This document shows positions 13,240 to 27,999 of a stretch of 64,000 nt of DNA, one piece after another; positions within the stretch are counted from its first letter, which is position 1; each line of letters starts with the position of its first letter. The DNA lies in NCBI RefSeq assembly GCF_009914755.1, contig NC_060932.1. The stretch is one strand, 5' to 3'. The position numbers were made by a program, and so were the translations under genes. The stretch is from the human T2T-CHM13v2.0 reference genome, Homo sapiens. The notes below the pieces were generated by a model that was not told the origin of the DNA, did not search any database, and saw nothing but the letters and a program-made list of their open reading frames with translations.

Positions 13240-16200
13240 TTAACTTCAACGCAGACCTCAGAGCAAAGAAAATTATAAAAGCTAAAGGATATTACATAAT
13301 GATAAGAGAATCAATTCACCAAGATGGCATAGTAATCCTAAATATGCATACACTTAACAACAGAGCTTCACAATGTATAAACAAAAACTGACAGAATTAA
13401 AAGGAAAAATAGACAAATTCACAATTACAGATTTCAATACTCCTCTCTCAGTAATAAACAGAAAAACTAGATATAAAGTCAGCAAGGATATAGAAAAACT
13501 GAACAGGTCACCAACAAATGGAATTTAATTGATATTCACAGAACATTTAACCCAAAAACAGCAGAATAGACATTCTTTTCAAATGTAAATGGAAAATTCA
13601 TCAGGATAGACCAGATCCTGGATCATAAAACAAACCTTAACAAATTAAAATAGTTGAAATCAAAAAAGTTAATTCTGCAATTATGAAATTAAATTAAAAT
13701 AAATAACAGAAAGATTCTAAGAAAATTACTAGTTACTTGAAAATTTAACAATATACTTCTAAGTAATCCTTAGGTCACAGAATTCTCAAAAAATATTAGT
13801 TTGAATTGAACTGAAATATATAAAAACATAATCTATCAAAGTGTGTGGGATGTACATAAAGCAATTGCTTAGAGAGAAAATTATAGCATTAAATGCTTCT
13901 GTCAGAAAAGAAGAAAGGTGTCATATCAATAATCTAAACTTCTACTTTAAGAAAAAGAAAAGCCAAACATTCCTAAAGTAGGGAGGAGGAAAGTAGTAGT
14001 GAAAATAAGCTCTGAAATCAATGACATTGAAAACAAAACTACAGAGAAAAATCAATGAAACCAAAAAGTTTCATGATCAACCTCTAGCAAGGCTGAAAAA
14101 AAGGAAACAAAAAAGTCACATATTGCTAACATTAGGAATAAAGAAGAGAATATCACTAAAGACTCCACAGACATTAAAAAGATAGTAAATAAATTCCATG
14201 CACAATTCTATGCACATCAGTTCGACAACTTGAATGAAATTGTCTAATTTCTCAAAAACTATTATCTGCCAAAGTTCAGCAAAAATAAGGTACATAATCT
14301 GAATAGTCCAATAACTATTAAAGAAATACATAATGTTAAAACCTTCTGAAATAGAAAACTCCAAGCCTGGATGGTTTCACAGGCAAATTCCATCAAACAT
14401 TTAAGGATTCTACACAATCATAAGGAGGAATCATAAGGAGGAAACACTTCTCAACTCTTTGAGTTTTATGAAGTCACCATTATCTTGACACCAATAGTAG
14501 ACAAAATTTAAAAAGTTACAGATTTATATTTTTTAAGAACTTTAATCACAAAATGTTCTTTTGTGACACAAAAATTATCAACAAAATAGTAGTAAATCAA
14601 ATGCATCAATATAATTTAAAAAATAATGTGCTGTGACCAAGTGAGGTCTATCTAGGAATGCAAGGCTAGTACCATCTAAAAAAAAAAAGATCATATTAAT
14701 TGGTGTAGAAAAAGCATTTGAAAAATTTAACGTTCTTTCATGATAAAAACTCTCAACAAACTAGGAATACAAATGAAATTTCTCAACCTGATAAAGGGTA
14801 TCTGTTAAAAACCCTACAGCTAACAATGTTTAATGTAAAAAAATGCTTCTCCTAAGATCAGGAACAAGTCAATAATTCCCATCTCATTACTCCTATTCAA
14901 AATTGTACTAGAAGTCCAAGCAAGTGCAATAAGGTAAAAAAAAGTAAATTGAAGACAAAGATTAGAAAAGAAGAAATAAAAAAGTCTCTATTTGCAGACA
15001 ACATGATTGTCTGTGTAGAAAATCCCAAGGTATCGAAGAAGAAAAAGAGGAGGAGGAGAAGGGTGAGGACAGTAATTATGATGACTCCTTAAACTAATAG
15101 TAGAGTTTAGCAAGGTTACAGAATACAAAGTCAATACACAAAAATCTATTGTATTTCTATATACTAACAACATATTACTTGAAAACAAAGCAAAATCATT
15201 TAGAGTAGTTCCAAAAATCAAATACTTTAGTATGAATCTAATGCAAAGAATCTCTATGCTAAAACCCACAAAATGCTGATGAAAGAAATCAAAGGAGAAC
15301 TAAATAAATGAATAGACACACTTAGTTCATGGCTTAGAAGACTCAGCATGGTAAAGATGCAGATTCTAACCAAATTAATCTATCAGTTTAATGCAATTCT
15401 ATTAAAATCCCGGGGAGACTTTTTGTACATATTTTGTAGAACAGACAGGCTTATTCTAAAATTTATATGGAAAAATCAAAGGAAGTAGAATAGCTAAAAT
15501 AATTTTGAAAGAGAAGAATAAAGTTAAAGGACTCAAGCTATTCAATTTTATTACTTACTATATAGTCACAAAAATCAAGACCAAGTGGTATTTATAATGA
15601 GATAGAAACACAGATTAATGGGACAAAATAGAAACCCCAGAAATAGACCCACAGAAATATGGACAATTGATTTTTTAAAAGGTGCAAACACTATTCAAGG
15701 GAGAAAGAACAATCTTTTTGAGAAATGCTGTTGGAAAAATTAGATAGCCTTCTGCAAAAAAATAATAAACCTCAAACTAAACTTTGTACCATAAACAAAA
15801 ATTAAAGTAGATCATAAATCTACATATAAAAAGATTATAAGCGTTTTAAAAGAAAACATCCTGGAAAATCTTTGCACCCTGGGAGTTGCCAAAGTGTTCA
15901 TAGACATGCACCAAGAAGCGTGATCCCAGAAAAATTGTAAATTATACAATATTAAAATTAAAGCTCTTAAAAAGACGCTGCTGAAAGAATGAAAAGACAA
16001 GCTACAGCCTGGGAGAAAATATTTGTGGCTCATGTATCCACCAAAGTACATGACCCAAAATAAAGAACCCTTAAAACTCAATTGTAAGAAAACAGAAATC
16101 CCCATTTTAAAATGGGCAAAAGACTTAACGCATACTGTACCAAATAGATGACAAGTACATGAAAAAACTGTTCAACATCATTAGGCATTTGAGAAATACA

Positions 16201-16836
16201 AATTAAAGGCACAGTGATATCCCACTACACACTTATTACAATGTTTAAAATAAAAAATATGGATGATACCAAATGCTACCAAGAATCCAGAGCCACTGGA
16301 ACTCTCATACATTACTGGTGGGAATGGAAAAGAGCACAGCCTCTCTAGAAGTAGTTTAGCAGTTGCTTATAAAGTTAAACGTGTATCTCCATATGACCCA
16401 GTCCTGGAGGTTTACCCTAGGGCATTGAACATTGAGGTTTATACAAAAACCTGCACATGAATGTTTGCAAAAGCTCTATTCATAATCATCAATGACTGGA
16501 ACCAATCCAAACATCCTTTAAAGGATGAATGAATAAAGAAACTATGGTACCTCTACATGATGGAGCAGTACTCAGCAGTAAACCAGAACAAACTATTGGT
16601 TGATATATGGAATAACTGGGATGACTCCCAAAGGCCTTATGCTGAATGAGAGAAACTAGTCTCAAAAGGTTACACAGTGTATGATTCCATTCATATGACA
16701 TTATCAAAAAACCAAAACCGTAGTGATGGAGGATGAATCAGGGATAAAGGAGGGTGTGACAATCAAGGGATACCCAAGGATGTTTTGGAAGTGACGGAAG
16801 TGCCCTGTATCCTGACTGTGATGATGGCTACACCAA

Positions 16837-17088
16837 TGTATGTATATATATACACACACACACATATACATATATATGTATTGTATATATACACATACAT
16901 ATATATGTGTGCATTATGTGTGTATATATATGCATGTATATGTGTCCATGTATACATACACAGGTCTGTGATATATACATACATGTATATATGTATGATA
17001 TATGCATGCATATATGTGTGTACACACACGTGTATATATGTGCGATATATACATGTATGTCTATATACAGATGTGTATAGGTGTACAG
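16837..17088. repeat. Degenerate (TA)/(CA)/(TG) alternating purine-pyrimidine tract inside the L1 3'UTR
   Basis: About 250 bp of TATG/CATA/TACA units. Confidence 0.9.
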
Positions 17089-18339
17089 TTCAATGAATTT
17101 TACCATATATATGCTCAATTTTACTGTATGACAATTTTTTAATTGAATTAAAACTAAGCAACGACAAACCAATGGTGAATGGGGAGGAGGGCATTCCTAA
17201 ACTCTCTTAGCCTGTCTGGGATGTGGCTAGGACCAGATGCTAAGCTTTGGAGTCCAAGTGCAAGGCATAATCCCACGGTCTGTATCACCTTTAGACCCTG
17301 AATCCATCTTGCAAATAGGTCCAATTTACACGCACCCACCAAGAAACTCGGGTCTTCCTTCTCAATCCACAGCTCTAGAGAAGCCCTATTCCTGGCCCTC
17401 CTCCCATCTGCCCTGAAGGTTCCAGGAAGCAAACATTCTAGAACAAGACGGAGGGAAAAGGAAGCAGGAGCCCACTCGCAGATTCTCCCACCCCCACACA
17501 GCTCTCAGCTGCACCTTCTAAGGAAACAAGGAGTGGGTGGGTGCTTCTCAGGGATGTCACAAAGGAGGAGAGCAACTGGCAGTACAGACTCATTTGTGAG
17601 CATGTCTGTGGCTATTTTTGCCTTGTGAATAGAGGCCAGCCGGGAGTGGGCCAGCTGGGCCCATGGCCATGTGTATTTGTGTTTGTAGGAACATGTGCGT
17701 ATGGGAGAGGACAGTGAGAGCCTTTCTCAGAGAAACGAAGCCGAGTGGGCGACTGCCACTGACGGGGTAGATGTAGACAAATACAAAACATCAAGCCAGC
17801 AATTACTGCAATCAGACGCATGGGGTTGTCCACCTGCGTCAGGAGAGCTGCCTCTACTTCGCACACCTGCTGCGAAGAAGCCAGTAAACAGTGGGGTCCA
17901 GGGCAGCAACCTTTGTGGCTGGAAGGGTCTCTGTGGGCTACCTTGGTGTGGGTGGTGAAAGCCCTTCTTGATACAGTGAGGATGTGACACCCGGAAATGG
18001 CTCACAGTTGTACTTGTCCAATAAGAAAATCAGGTATATAATGAAGTCTGATTCAAGCCCCAGTTTTCTGATGCAGGCCTAGCCTATGTTCTCCCTTAAG
18101 ACCCTCCTAATTGCCTCCTCCCCCTCTCAAAAAGCCTGACTGTTGGAAAAGCCCCGGAGTTCTTCTGCCCCTGTGTCAGCACTAAGAGCTCTGGAAAAAG
18201 GGGTTCATTTGGAACCATCTGGACAAGCAGTGGGTTGGGGGCAAGACAACCACTGACGTGTACCCTTGGTTAACAAGAGAAGCCAGGGGAAGACTCAAGG
18301 AATCTGGCATTCACCAAAAGACCCTTGGGCCAAGTCCAA

Positions 18340-18480
18340 GAGTTTTTAATCTAGGTACATCGTGACTACCTGCGTATTGTTTAAAAAAATACAACTTCGC
18401 AGTCGTAGATTCCCTGGGGTTGAAGCCTGGAATCTGCATTTCCAGCACCCTAGGAGCTAAGCTTAGAAACCAATGAGCTA
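18340..18480. mobile_element. MER5-family (hAT-Charlie) fragment
   Basis: GCCTGGAATCTGCATTT...AGCTTAGAAACCAATG. Confidence 0.5.
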
Positions 18481-18719
18481 TTGGCAGGGATGTAGGCCAA
18501 GGAGATGGGAAGTGGGAGAACTAGGCACACTTGTATCGCCCCCTGTATGTTCAGCACTAAGCCTACTGGTCTCAGTTTTCTCATCTCTTAGATGGGAATA
18601 ATAGATGAGGTCTAATGTAACCACAGAAGCTGGGGGCTGGTATGCTTTGACCTATGTAGAGCATTGCTAGGACATTGCTCTCACAGTGTTCATTTGCAGG
18701 CAGGAGGATAGCCCTTCTT

Positions 18720-19400
<681 letters not shown>

Positions 19401-20279
19401 TCAAATGTAAGGTATTTTTCTCCTTCCTCCCCGAAACCACACATTCCCCAGGATGCTGGGTCCTTCCCACACTCAGAGCTAAGAGGCGGCAGCAAAAGTT
19501 AAACCTGGGTGTGGTGCAGTTATACCTACAATGGTGCAAATTACATCATCCGTAACCTTTTTTCACAACAGGCTGGTTTCAAACAGCTGTAATTTATGGA
19601 TGTTCTTCCAAGAGGAATTAGTCAATATATTTGTTTTCCCTTTGATATATAGCCACAGGAGTGCGTCAGGCATGAGGTTTATTAAGCCTTGCCAATTTTC
19701 TGCCGCTTCTCAGCGCTATAGATTTTGCTTGCGGAGTGGGCTGGTTCCACCCTAACATAGAAAAAAATCATTTCAAATACTGAAAAGCCTTCCAGCTCTC
19801 AGAACGCAGGGCGCTCTAGGGGACCAGCTACAGCTTTGGGAATGAAGACAACTTGTTCTTGCAGTTGTGGTTGCTGGGGGAGTTACAGGGCCTGGTAGGA
19901 GGGGTGGAGGCTGCAGGTCACCTCTGTGTCCTAGCTGTTCTCTAGGTGGGGAGATCTGTGGGCTGAGACTGCAGACAGCCACAAGGCCTAAGGGGGAGAT
20001 GAATTCTCCTGCCACTGCATCTTAAGCCATTTGAAGAGTGAAGGTCAGCCAGAGCCAGGGTGTTCTGGCCCCCCAGAATGGCCCCCAAGTCAGAACATGA
20101 TACAGTCAACCCTGCCCCTTCTTCCACTATCCCCTTGAAATAGGACACAGCTTCCAGAGTTAACCGAGGGTACCTGTAGCTCTGCAGAGAATCCCTGGGG
20201 GAAAAGGCATCCTTTTCCTCATCCCCTTCATAAGGTCAAACATGTAACCCAAGGTTAAACAATCTAACCCTTTGAAGTA

Positions 20280-20410
20280 GGAATGGTGGTCCTCAAATGC
20301 AGATTCACAGGTACTGCCTCACCTATGTGATTCAGTACATCTGGGGTGGGGCCCAGGACTCTGCATTTCCTACTAAAGCCCTCCACAAATTCACTGAAAC
20401 CCATTGATTA
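20280..20410. mobile_element. MER5-family fragment
   Basis: TGATTCAGTACATCTGGGGTGGGGCCCAGGACTCTGCATTTC. Confidence 0.65.
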
Positions 20411-20894
20411 CACCACCTCAATTTCTCACTGCTTAAATGAAAGGTTTTCCGGCGTTTGAGCAGAATGGTGTTTCTTTAGGTGAGGCACAATGAAAGACAC
20501 AGATACCAGGAAAAAATTGCAAACTACCAAGAACAGGGCGAGAGATGTGCCTCTTAATCAGACTACGCTGAATATACCCACTGTAATCCCCAGGACCAAG
20601 CCCATGCTCCTGGAAGGTAGGTCCTAGCAGTGGAGAGGTCAGACGACTTGGCCCGGGGCACACTGCCAGCCAGGGGCAAAGCCACAATGTGGAGGCCAAC
20701 CTGTCCAGCCGCCCACCCTCCCCAGGGCCTCTCCATTCATGTCCTCACCCCAAGTAAAAACCCCCACCTCTGCCTGAAGACGTATTTTCAGGCCGGAAGT
20801 ACTGCTTTCATTTTCTTCTGCTCTTCTTTCCTTGGATCTGATGGCTTTCTTCTCCGGAAGCCACCTCTTCCTTTGTACAATGTCACATCTGGCC

Positions 20895-21085
20895 ATTTTG
20901 GTCTCTGGAGCCAGACCACTTGCTGCAAAGTTGAAGCCCACCACTTTCTAGCTGATTGACGTTGGGTAACTTACTGAGCCTCTCTTAGCCTCTCTTCCCT
21001 CATTTGAAAATGATCATCATCCTTATACTCACCTAAAGAATGGCCCTGTGGTTTATGTGAGTTAATATACAAAATGTGCTAAATG
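20895..21085 (+). mobile_element. MIR
   Basis: TTTGGTCTCTGGAGCCAGAC...GGGTAACTTACTGAGCCTCTCTTAGCCTC...CATTTGAAAATG. Confidence 0.7.
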
Positions 21086-21329
21086 TGACCTTCACACACA
21101 TGAACTCACACACTTTAGAAGCACCAAACTAATAGGTTAGCAGGGAGTGAACATGCTGAGTGGGATAGAGCTGACTGGAAAAAAGCCCATGGCTGGGAAC
21201 AGATATCAGGAAGGAGATACAACATTAAAATGAGAGACACACGGGACACACATTGTCAGGGATGGATGTGGATCAGGGATCCAGTGAGGACTGAAAATGG
21301 GCCATCACCTCATCTGAACAACTGCACAA

Positions 21330-21765
21330 ATGACATCAAAGCAAGCACTCTACATACATGCACCCAGGCACACACATAGACACAGACTGCGTGTGCGCAC
21401 ACACACACACAGACATGGAATTAGACACTCATACACAGAGACACGCACATGCATATACACACAGACATATGCACAGTTACACAGACACATACAGACACAG
21501 ACATATATAGATACAGATACACACATATGGAAACTCACAGACACACATATACATAAATATACAAACAGGCACAGATACACAACATACATTTATACGGACA
21601 CACACAGTACAGACACATAAACAGACATACACACATGTAGACATGCATACACAGACATGCACGTAGACACATAGAAATGACAGAGACAAATACATAAGCA
21701 CTCATGCAGACACACAAAGACACATGCATGCCTCCACACACAACCACACACACACACACACACAA
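21330..21765. repeat. Degenerate (CA)n / CACAT low-complexity tract
   Basis: About 430 bp rich in ACAC, ACAT and AGAC units, ending in a pure (CA)n run. Confidence 0.9.
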
Positions 21766-22249
21766 CTCCAACAGAATGTTTTCAGCCCATCTGGCCTGCA
21801 TGGTTTCCGCAGGCATGGCTGTGTAAATATAGGGGAAGAAATCTAAGTTCTCTTGATAAAATCAGGGTTCAGAAAGAATCAACTGACTTTATATTTGCAC
21901 AGAAAACCACAGGTCTCTGAGGCTCCCAGGAGACTGTAAAACAAAATCTGTGTATGTTTTAATCCTGTACATATTGACTCTGCCAAGAAAACTGACTCCA
22001 CAGAGCAGCTGAACCCACCTAGGCAGCACCTGAGCTCCCAGGAGCCAGCATAGTGTTGACTTATGCTAATAGCTCCACTGTAAAAGACCCTCCAGGAAGG
22101 CCTGAGACCACCAGGGAGAGGGAGAGATGGAGGGCTGGGATCTGGAGGATAGCCTTGCAACAAGCTGGGCACCTGATCTCTTTGCAGACTTCTTTCCTCC
22201 CATCTTGTCCCCCTGACACATGCCTGCCTAGCACCCAGGACTCTCCTTG

Positions 22250-22430
22250 GCAATCACCAAAATTACAATGAAATAGACAAGGGTTGATGAGTGCTTGACT
22301 GTCTCTTCCCTGCTAGAATATAACGAACTCCAAGGGACCATGGAATGTGCATGTTTTGCTCACTGCTGTACTCCAAGGGTCTACCACATAGTAGATATTC
22401 AATCAAAATTAGAAATGAATTAACAAATTA
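22250..22430 (+). mobile_element. L2 3' end
   Basis: TTTTGCTCACTGCTGTACTCC...CACATAGTAGATATTCAAT...AATGAATTAA. Confidence 0.7.
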
Positions 22431-22932
22431 TCAGATGATGCTGGGGTCAATGAAGGCAGCTAGGTGCCAAAGACAGTCATCACAGTTTCCTACCCGTTTG
22501 GAGGGGCTCCTGTCATCCTCCCCTGACAGAGCTCAGGTGCCCCCATTCCAGGCCTGCCCCACACTCCCTTTTGCCCACCCCCCACCTCAGTGCAAGGCTC
22601 ACGTGAGCCTAAGTCTTCTCACCCTAATTCTTGCATTATCTCTATGCAAAATGAGAAACCACAAGATTATACATCAAATTTGTGAAAACTGAAATGGAAA
22701 CTTACCAAAGGGTTATCATGGGGGAAGAGGTATTATCAAATGGGATGGAGACGAAAATCACTAAGATGAGCCCTTGATAAAATTAGGAAGATGTTTGTTC
22801 CATAGTCTGATTCCTCACTGTGCTCCTCACCCAGACCCGTCCATCCCACAGCTTCAAACAACCATTATCCACCTCAGGTGCCAAATTACAGAGCCTTCAC
22901 ATTCCCCCTCCATCCATTTCACTGTCCCTGAC

Positions 22933-22957
22933 AAAAAAAAAAAAAAAAAAAAAAAAA
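22933..22957 (+). repeat. Poly(A) tract
   Basis: Uninterrupted run of about 25 A. Confidence 0.9.
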
Positions 22958-23009
22958 GTGTTATCAGATTAAAGCCTTAGTCAACAGCTGGATTTTATAC
23001 CAAAATACG

Positions 23010-24725
23010 TGAAGACTTTTACTTCCAGCCAAGATGGCATAAAAAGGATCAAATTTACTTTCCTTCCTGCAACAAACAAAAACAGACAAAACATATAAAA
23101 CTATGGTTCTCCGACACAGGACACCTGGTAGCACCGGACAATGATCCCTGAGAGACAGGAAGCAAACAGGATGATGCCTGAGAGACAGGAAGCAAACAGG
23201 ATGAGCCCTATCAGTGTTCTACCTTATAACCTGGGGAAAGCCTCCAGGGTGAGTGATGAGACAGAAGCAGGGAAGAGGGATCCAGAAGGAGCCCAACTGT
23301 TTCCTAAGTTGAAAAGACATGCTGGGAATCCGGGGGAGATCAAGGTGTGGTGGGCAGCCTTGAAACTTCAAGATGACTCCCAATGATCTCCAGTCCAGTA
23401 TTCACACCATGTGTCATCTCCTCCCCTCATTGTTCCAAGACTAGCCTGGGTGACTAATATCATGGGTGCAAGCCATGGTATATGAGGATGCCAGGTTCTA
23501 AAAATACTGGAAGAGTGTGGCTTTCATCTTGGAGGATGTCAATCTCTCTCTCTCTCTCTCTCTGATCACTCACTTTGGCAGAAGTTAGATGCCATGACAC
23601 ATGAGAAGCCCTATGAAGGCCCACATGGTGAAGAACTGAGGCCTTCTGACAACAACCACAGGAGTGGGCTTGTAAGTAGATTTTTCAGCACCTTCAGAGG
23701 ATCATAGCCTTGGCCAACAACTTGTCTACAACCTCATGAGAACCCTGAGTCAGAACTACCCAGCTAAGTGGCTCCCACTTGAAACTAACGTATAAAATCC
23801 ACAGAAGGTGTGTGAGATAATATTTGTTGTTTTAGTGATATCATTAGAATCTACATAAACCCAAGATGGGCATCAAAAATAGGTTATGTGGGTAAATATA
23901 AAATACTTTCATCTTTATTCTATAGATATTTAAAGCAACTGACTGCTTAAAGCAAACATAGTAACATTATATTACGGGTTTTAAATATAAATGCAAATAT
24001 AGGACAATAATTTGTACAGAGGCCAAGAGGGGAAAAATTGGAATGTACTGCTACACAGTCCATATACTATATGTGAAATGGAGCAATATTACTTGAAATT
24101 AGATTTTAAAATGTAAGAAAAAAAAGAAAACTACAACAGTAATTTAACCATTAGAAAAGGGAGAGTATAACTAAGCTGCCAACAAAACTAAGCTGCCAAC
24201 AAAGTAGATAAAATGGAATAATAAAAATTAATTTAAAAGAAGGCAGAAAAACAAAGGAAGAAAAGATGGGATGAATAGAAAATAAGTTTCAAAATAGATT
24301 TAAACTCAACCATATCAATATTATATTAAATGTAATTGATAAAATTTATCCCAATTAAAAGGTGGATTCCCAAATTAACAAGCAAGACCAACTATATCCT
24401 TCTACCTACAAAAAGATTCATTTCAAATATAAAAACACCAATAGTTTAAATTTGAAAGCTTAAGGGGAGAATCCAAGATGTTAGTATTTATCAAAAGAAA
24501 GCTGAAGTGGAATGGCTTTATCAATACCAGACAAAGTAGATTTCAAAGCAAATAATATTGCCAGGCATACAGGGTGTCAGTTTACATTGATAAGAGTCAA
24601 CTCATGAAGAGACTCTTATTATAGTTTGTGCAACTAAAAACAAAGCTTCAAAATACACGAAGCAGAAACTGATAGAACTGCATGAAGAAACTGATATATC
24701 CACAATAATAGAGACTTCAACGCAA
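23010..24725 (+). mobile_element. L1MC/MD-type 5' end plus inter-ORF/endonuclease fragments, split by an MLT1 LTR
   Basis: ACTTCCAGCCAAGATGGC start; later ATACCAGACAAAGTAGATTTCAAAGCAA and AAAGCTTCAAAATACACGAAGCAGAAACTGATAGAACTG (ORF2 EN). Confidence 0.7.
23346..23835 (+). mobile_element. MLT1E/F-type LTR
   Basis: TGTGGTGGGCAGCC...AAGATGACTCCCAATGATC...GGCCCACATGGTGAAGAACTGAGGCCT...CCCAGCTAAG...TGTGAGATAATATTTGTTGTTTTA. Confidence 0.8.
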
Positions 24726-25064
24726 TGAGCTGAGTGGAGGTGGAGGCACATGTCAGGCCCATCATATCCCAGCCATGAGATCAGGATTTCCGGGGTGAAT
24801 GGAGAAAAGAGCTAGAAATCAACAAGAGATTTCTGGCCTAAAGGGCAGAGGGTAGCCCAGGTTTGATTGTTGAAGGAGAATAAACCAGAGAATAAGCCAT
24901 CTTTAACCTCCTCTCATAGCCACGATGGCTTTGACTTCAAGAAGTCTTTCAGAGTAGGCATTGCCCACAGGATGCTATCATTCCAGAGACAAGCTCTGCT
25001 TCCCCGTGCCAGGACCTCCTACTCTATGCCCTACAGATTCAGTTATTGAGCCAGGAGTGGAAAG

Positions 25065-26220
<1,156 letters not shown>

Positions 26221-26224
26221 ATAA

Positions 26225-26470
26225 TAAGGAGAAAAAGAGTAATAGAGAGGGCTATTTTTGACAGCCAGACAAGTGACATTTAAACAGAAAAACTAAAAGA
26301 AGTAAAGGAGCAAGCCATAAACATTTCTGGAAGAAGAGCCTTGCCAAGAGGGTGAGATGCAAAGGCCCTGAGGCAGCAAAGAGCACGGTATGCTTGAGGA
26401 TTAGCAAAAAGGCCAGTAGGGCTGGAACAGAATAAACAAAGGGAGAGAGGGAGAAGATAAGGAAGAATTT
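26225..26470 (-). mobile_element. L2 fragment
   Basis: AAGTGACATTTAAACAGA...TGCAAAGGCCCTGAGGCAG...GGCCAGTAGGGCTGGAACAGA. Confidence 0.75.
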
Positions 26471-27424
26471 GTACAAATATTCTATTTCACAGTGCATTAA
26501 ATGGGACACCAGATCTTAAAAGACCTACTGCATGGTAGACATTGTTTTAAAAATCAGTTTAATCCAATTATTTACTCACTAGACTATACCCACTCTACAC
26601 CCTTTTTTGAGCTTAAACCCTGGATTCTAGCTTAGAAGCAACTCTTTCCCATGCTAGAGATTTTGTTCCCTGATTTTGTACCTCCCTGGGGGCCTGCAGA
26701 TGTCTCCTCTTACTGGCCAGGCCCAGCCTTAGAGGGGCAGGAACTTGGAACGTGCAGCAGGGGAGGATCATTTAATCAAGAATTATTTAAACTTCTTACT
26801 GGACTTCATTTAGCATTATGATGGGGCATAAAAGTTTAAGGGCTTTTGCCCAAAAAAAATCTATGATCCAGCTCTATACAAGTTCTAATAAATCTGCAAA
26901 GAGGGAATTTATCATCTCTCAATAAATGTGTCTTTTCTGCACTGTCTTCTGAAAACTCGAAAATCGCAGATATAAATCTCAGCTTTGGGTTTCATTTTTC
27001 TCTCCTTAGGGAAATGGAGTTCCAGACTCGCACTTGTTGGGAACCCCCTCTTGTTCCCAGTTGCTCTCCTCATTCATCTCCCACCTCCTCCTCCCCTTTC
27101 CCACAGCTTAACTCCCCATCTTGGGGAGCCCCAGAGTGTTCTGGAGGGGCACAGAAGTAAATGAAAGCCCCTCTTGCCCCTAGTTTCCTCATCTTAGAAA
27201 TGAAAAGGTTGGGCCATGTGGCCTGGAAGACCCCTTCTTGTTCCAGTCCCTGGTGGGACCCAGCCTGTAGCCAATACTGCCGTCTTTGGAGGCTTGTTGG
27301 ATGGGGGCTAAAGAGGTAAAGGTAGGATGAAGACATGAGTAAGGGGCTTTCCTGTGACCACTCAAGGCCAAACACACCCTCAGGTGGTCAGTGGAGAAAG
27401 CAAATATGCAGACCTTGGTGTATG

Positions 27425-27737
27425 CTGCTGCAAGGATGAGCCTGGGAACATCATGGCAAGTGAAAGGAGACAGCCACAAAGGCCGCACATTGTAGGAGTC
27501 CATTCATATGAAATGTCCTGACTTGCCAAATTCAAAGAGGCAGAAAGTAGATTAGCAGTTGGCAGGGGATGGCACAGAGGATCTTGGGACTCACTGCTAA
27601 GGATGATAGGGTTGGTTTTGAGGGTGATAGAAATGTTTTGCTATTAGATAGTGGTGATGGTTGCAAAACATAGTGAACATGCTAAAAACCACTTTAAAAT
27701 AATAAATTTTATATGAATTATATCTCAATTAAAAATA
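27425..27737 (+). mobile_element. L1MB 3' end fragment
   Basis: TCCATTCATATGAAATGTCC...AGAAAGTAGATTAG...GATAGTGGTGATGGTTGCA...TGAATTATATCTCAATTAAAAA. Confidence 0.8.
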
Positions 27738-27999
27738 CATATAGCTCCTAAAATCTACATACCTTGGCAAGCTGAGGACAAGTGAACCGAGGACCTGCCT
27801 CAGTGGGGACCAAAGAGCTCCACCAGCTTAGGCAAGAGGCGAGAGGGTCTAATCTTCCCGGCTGCAGGAGAAGGCAGCCAGACAGGCTTCCCTAACCCAG
27901 GAGACCCCTCCTGTCCAAGCAAAGCTGCTTCCTGAGTTGGAGAACCTCATCAAGGTTGGCGAGCCCACAGCCCAGGAGGCTACAGCCCAAATCCTAGAT

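Noticed and set aside
16763-17172. Y/I/C/H/T-rich ORFs (also 21330-21816)
   Set aside because: Translations of dinucleotide-type simple repeats.
17580-18005. Overlapping 84-92 aa ORFs and a TTTGTAG acceptor in unique DNA
   Set aside because: No recognisable protein, weak pyrimidine tract and no convincing donor.
22860-22957. Poly(A) as the end of a processed pseudogene
   Set aside because: No upstream AATAAA, no TSD and no coding similarity seen.
23141-23205. Direct repeats as a CRISPR-like array
   Set aside because: Only two adjacent copies, no spacers, eukaryotic L1 context.
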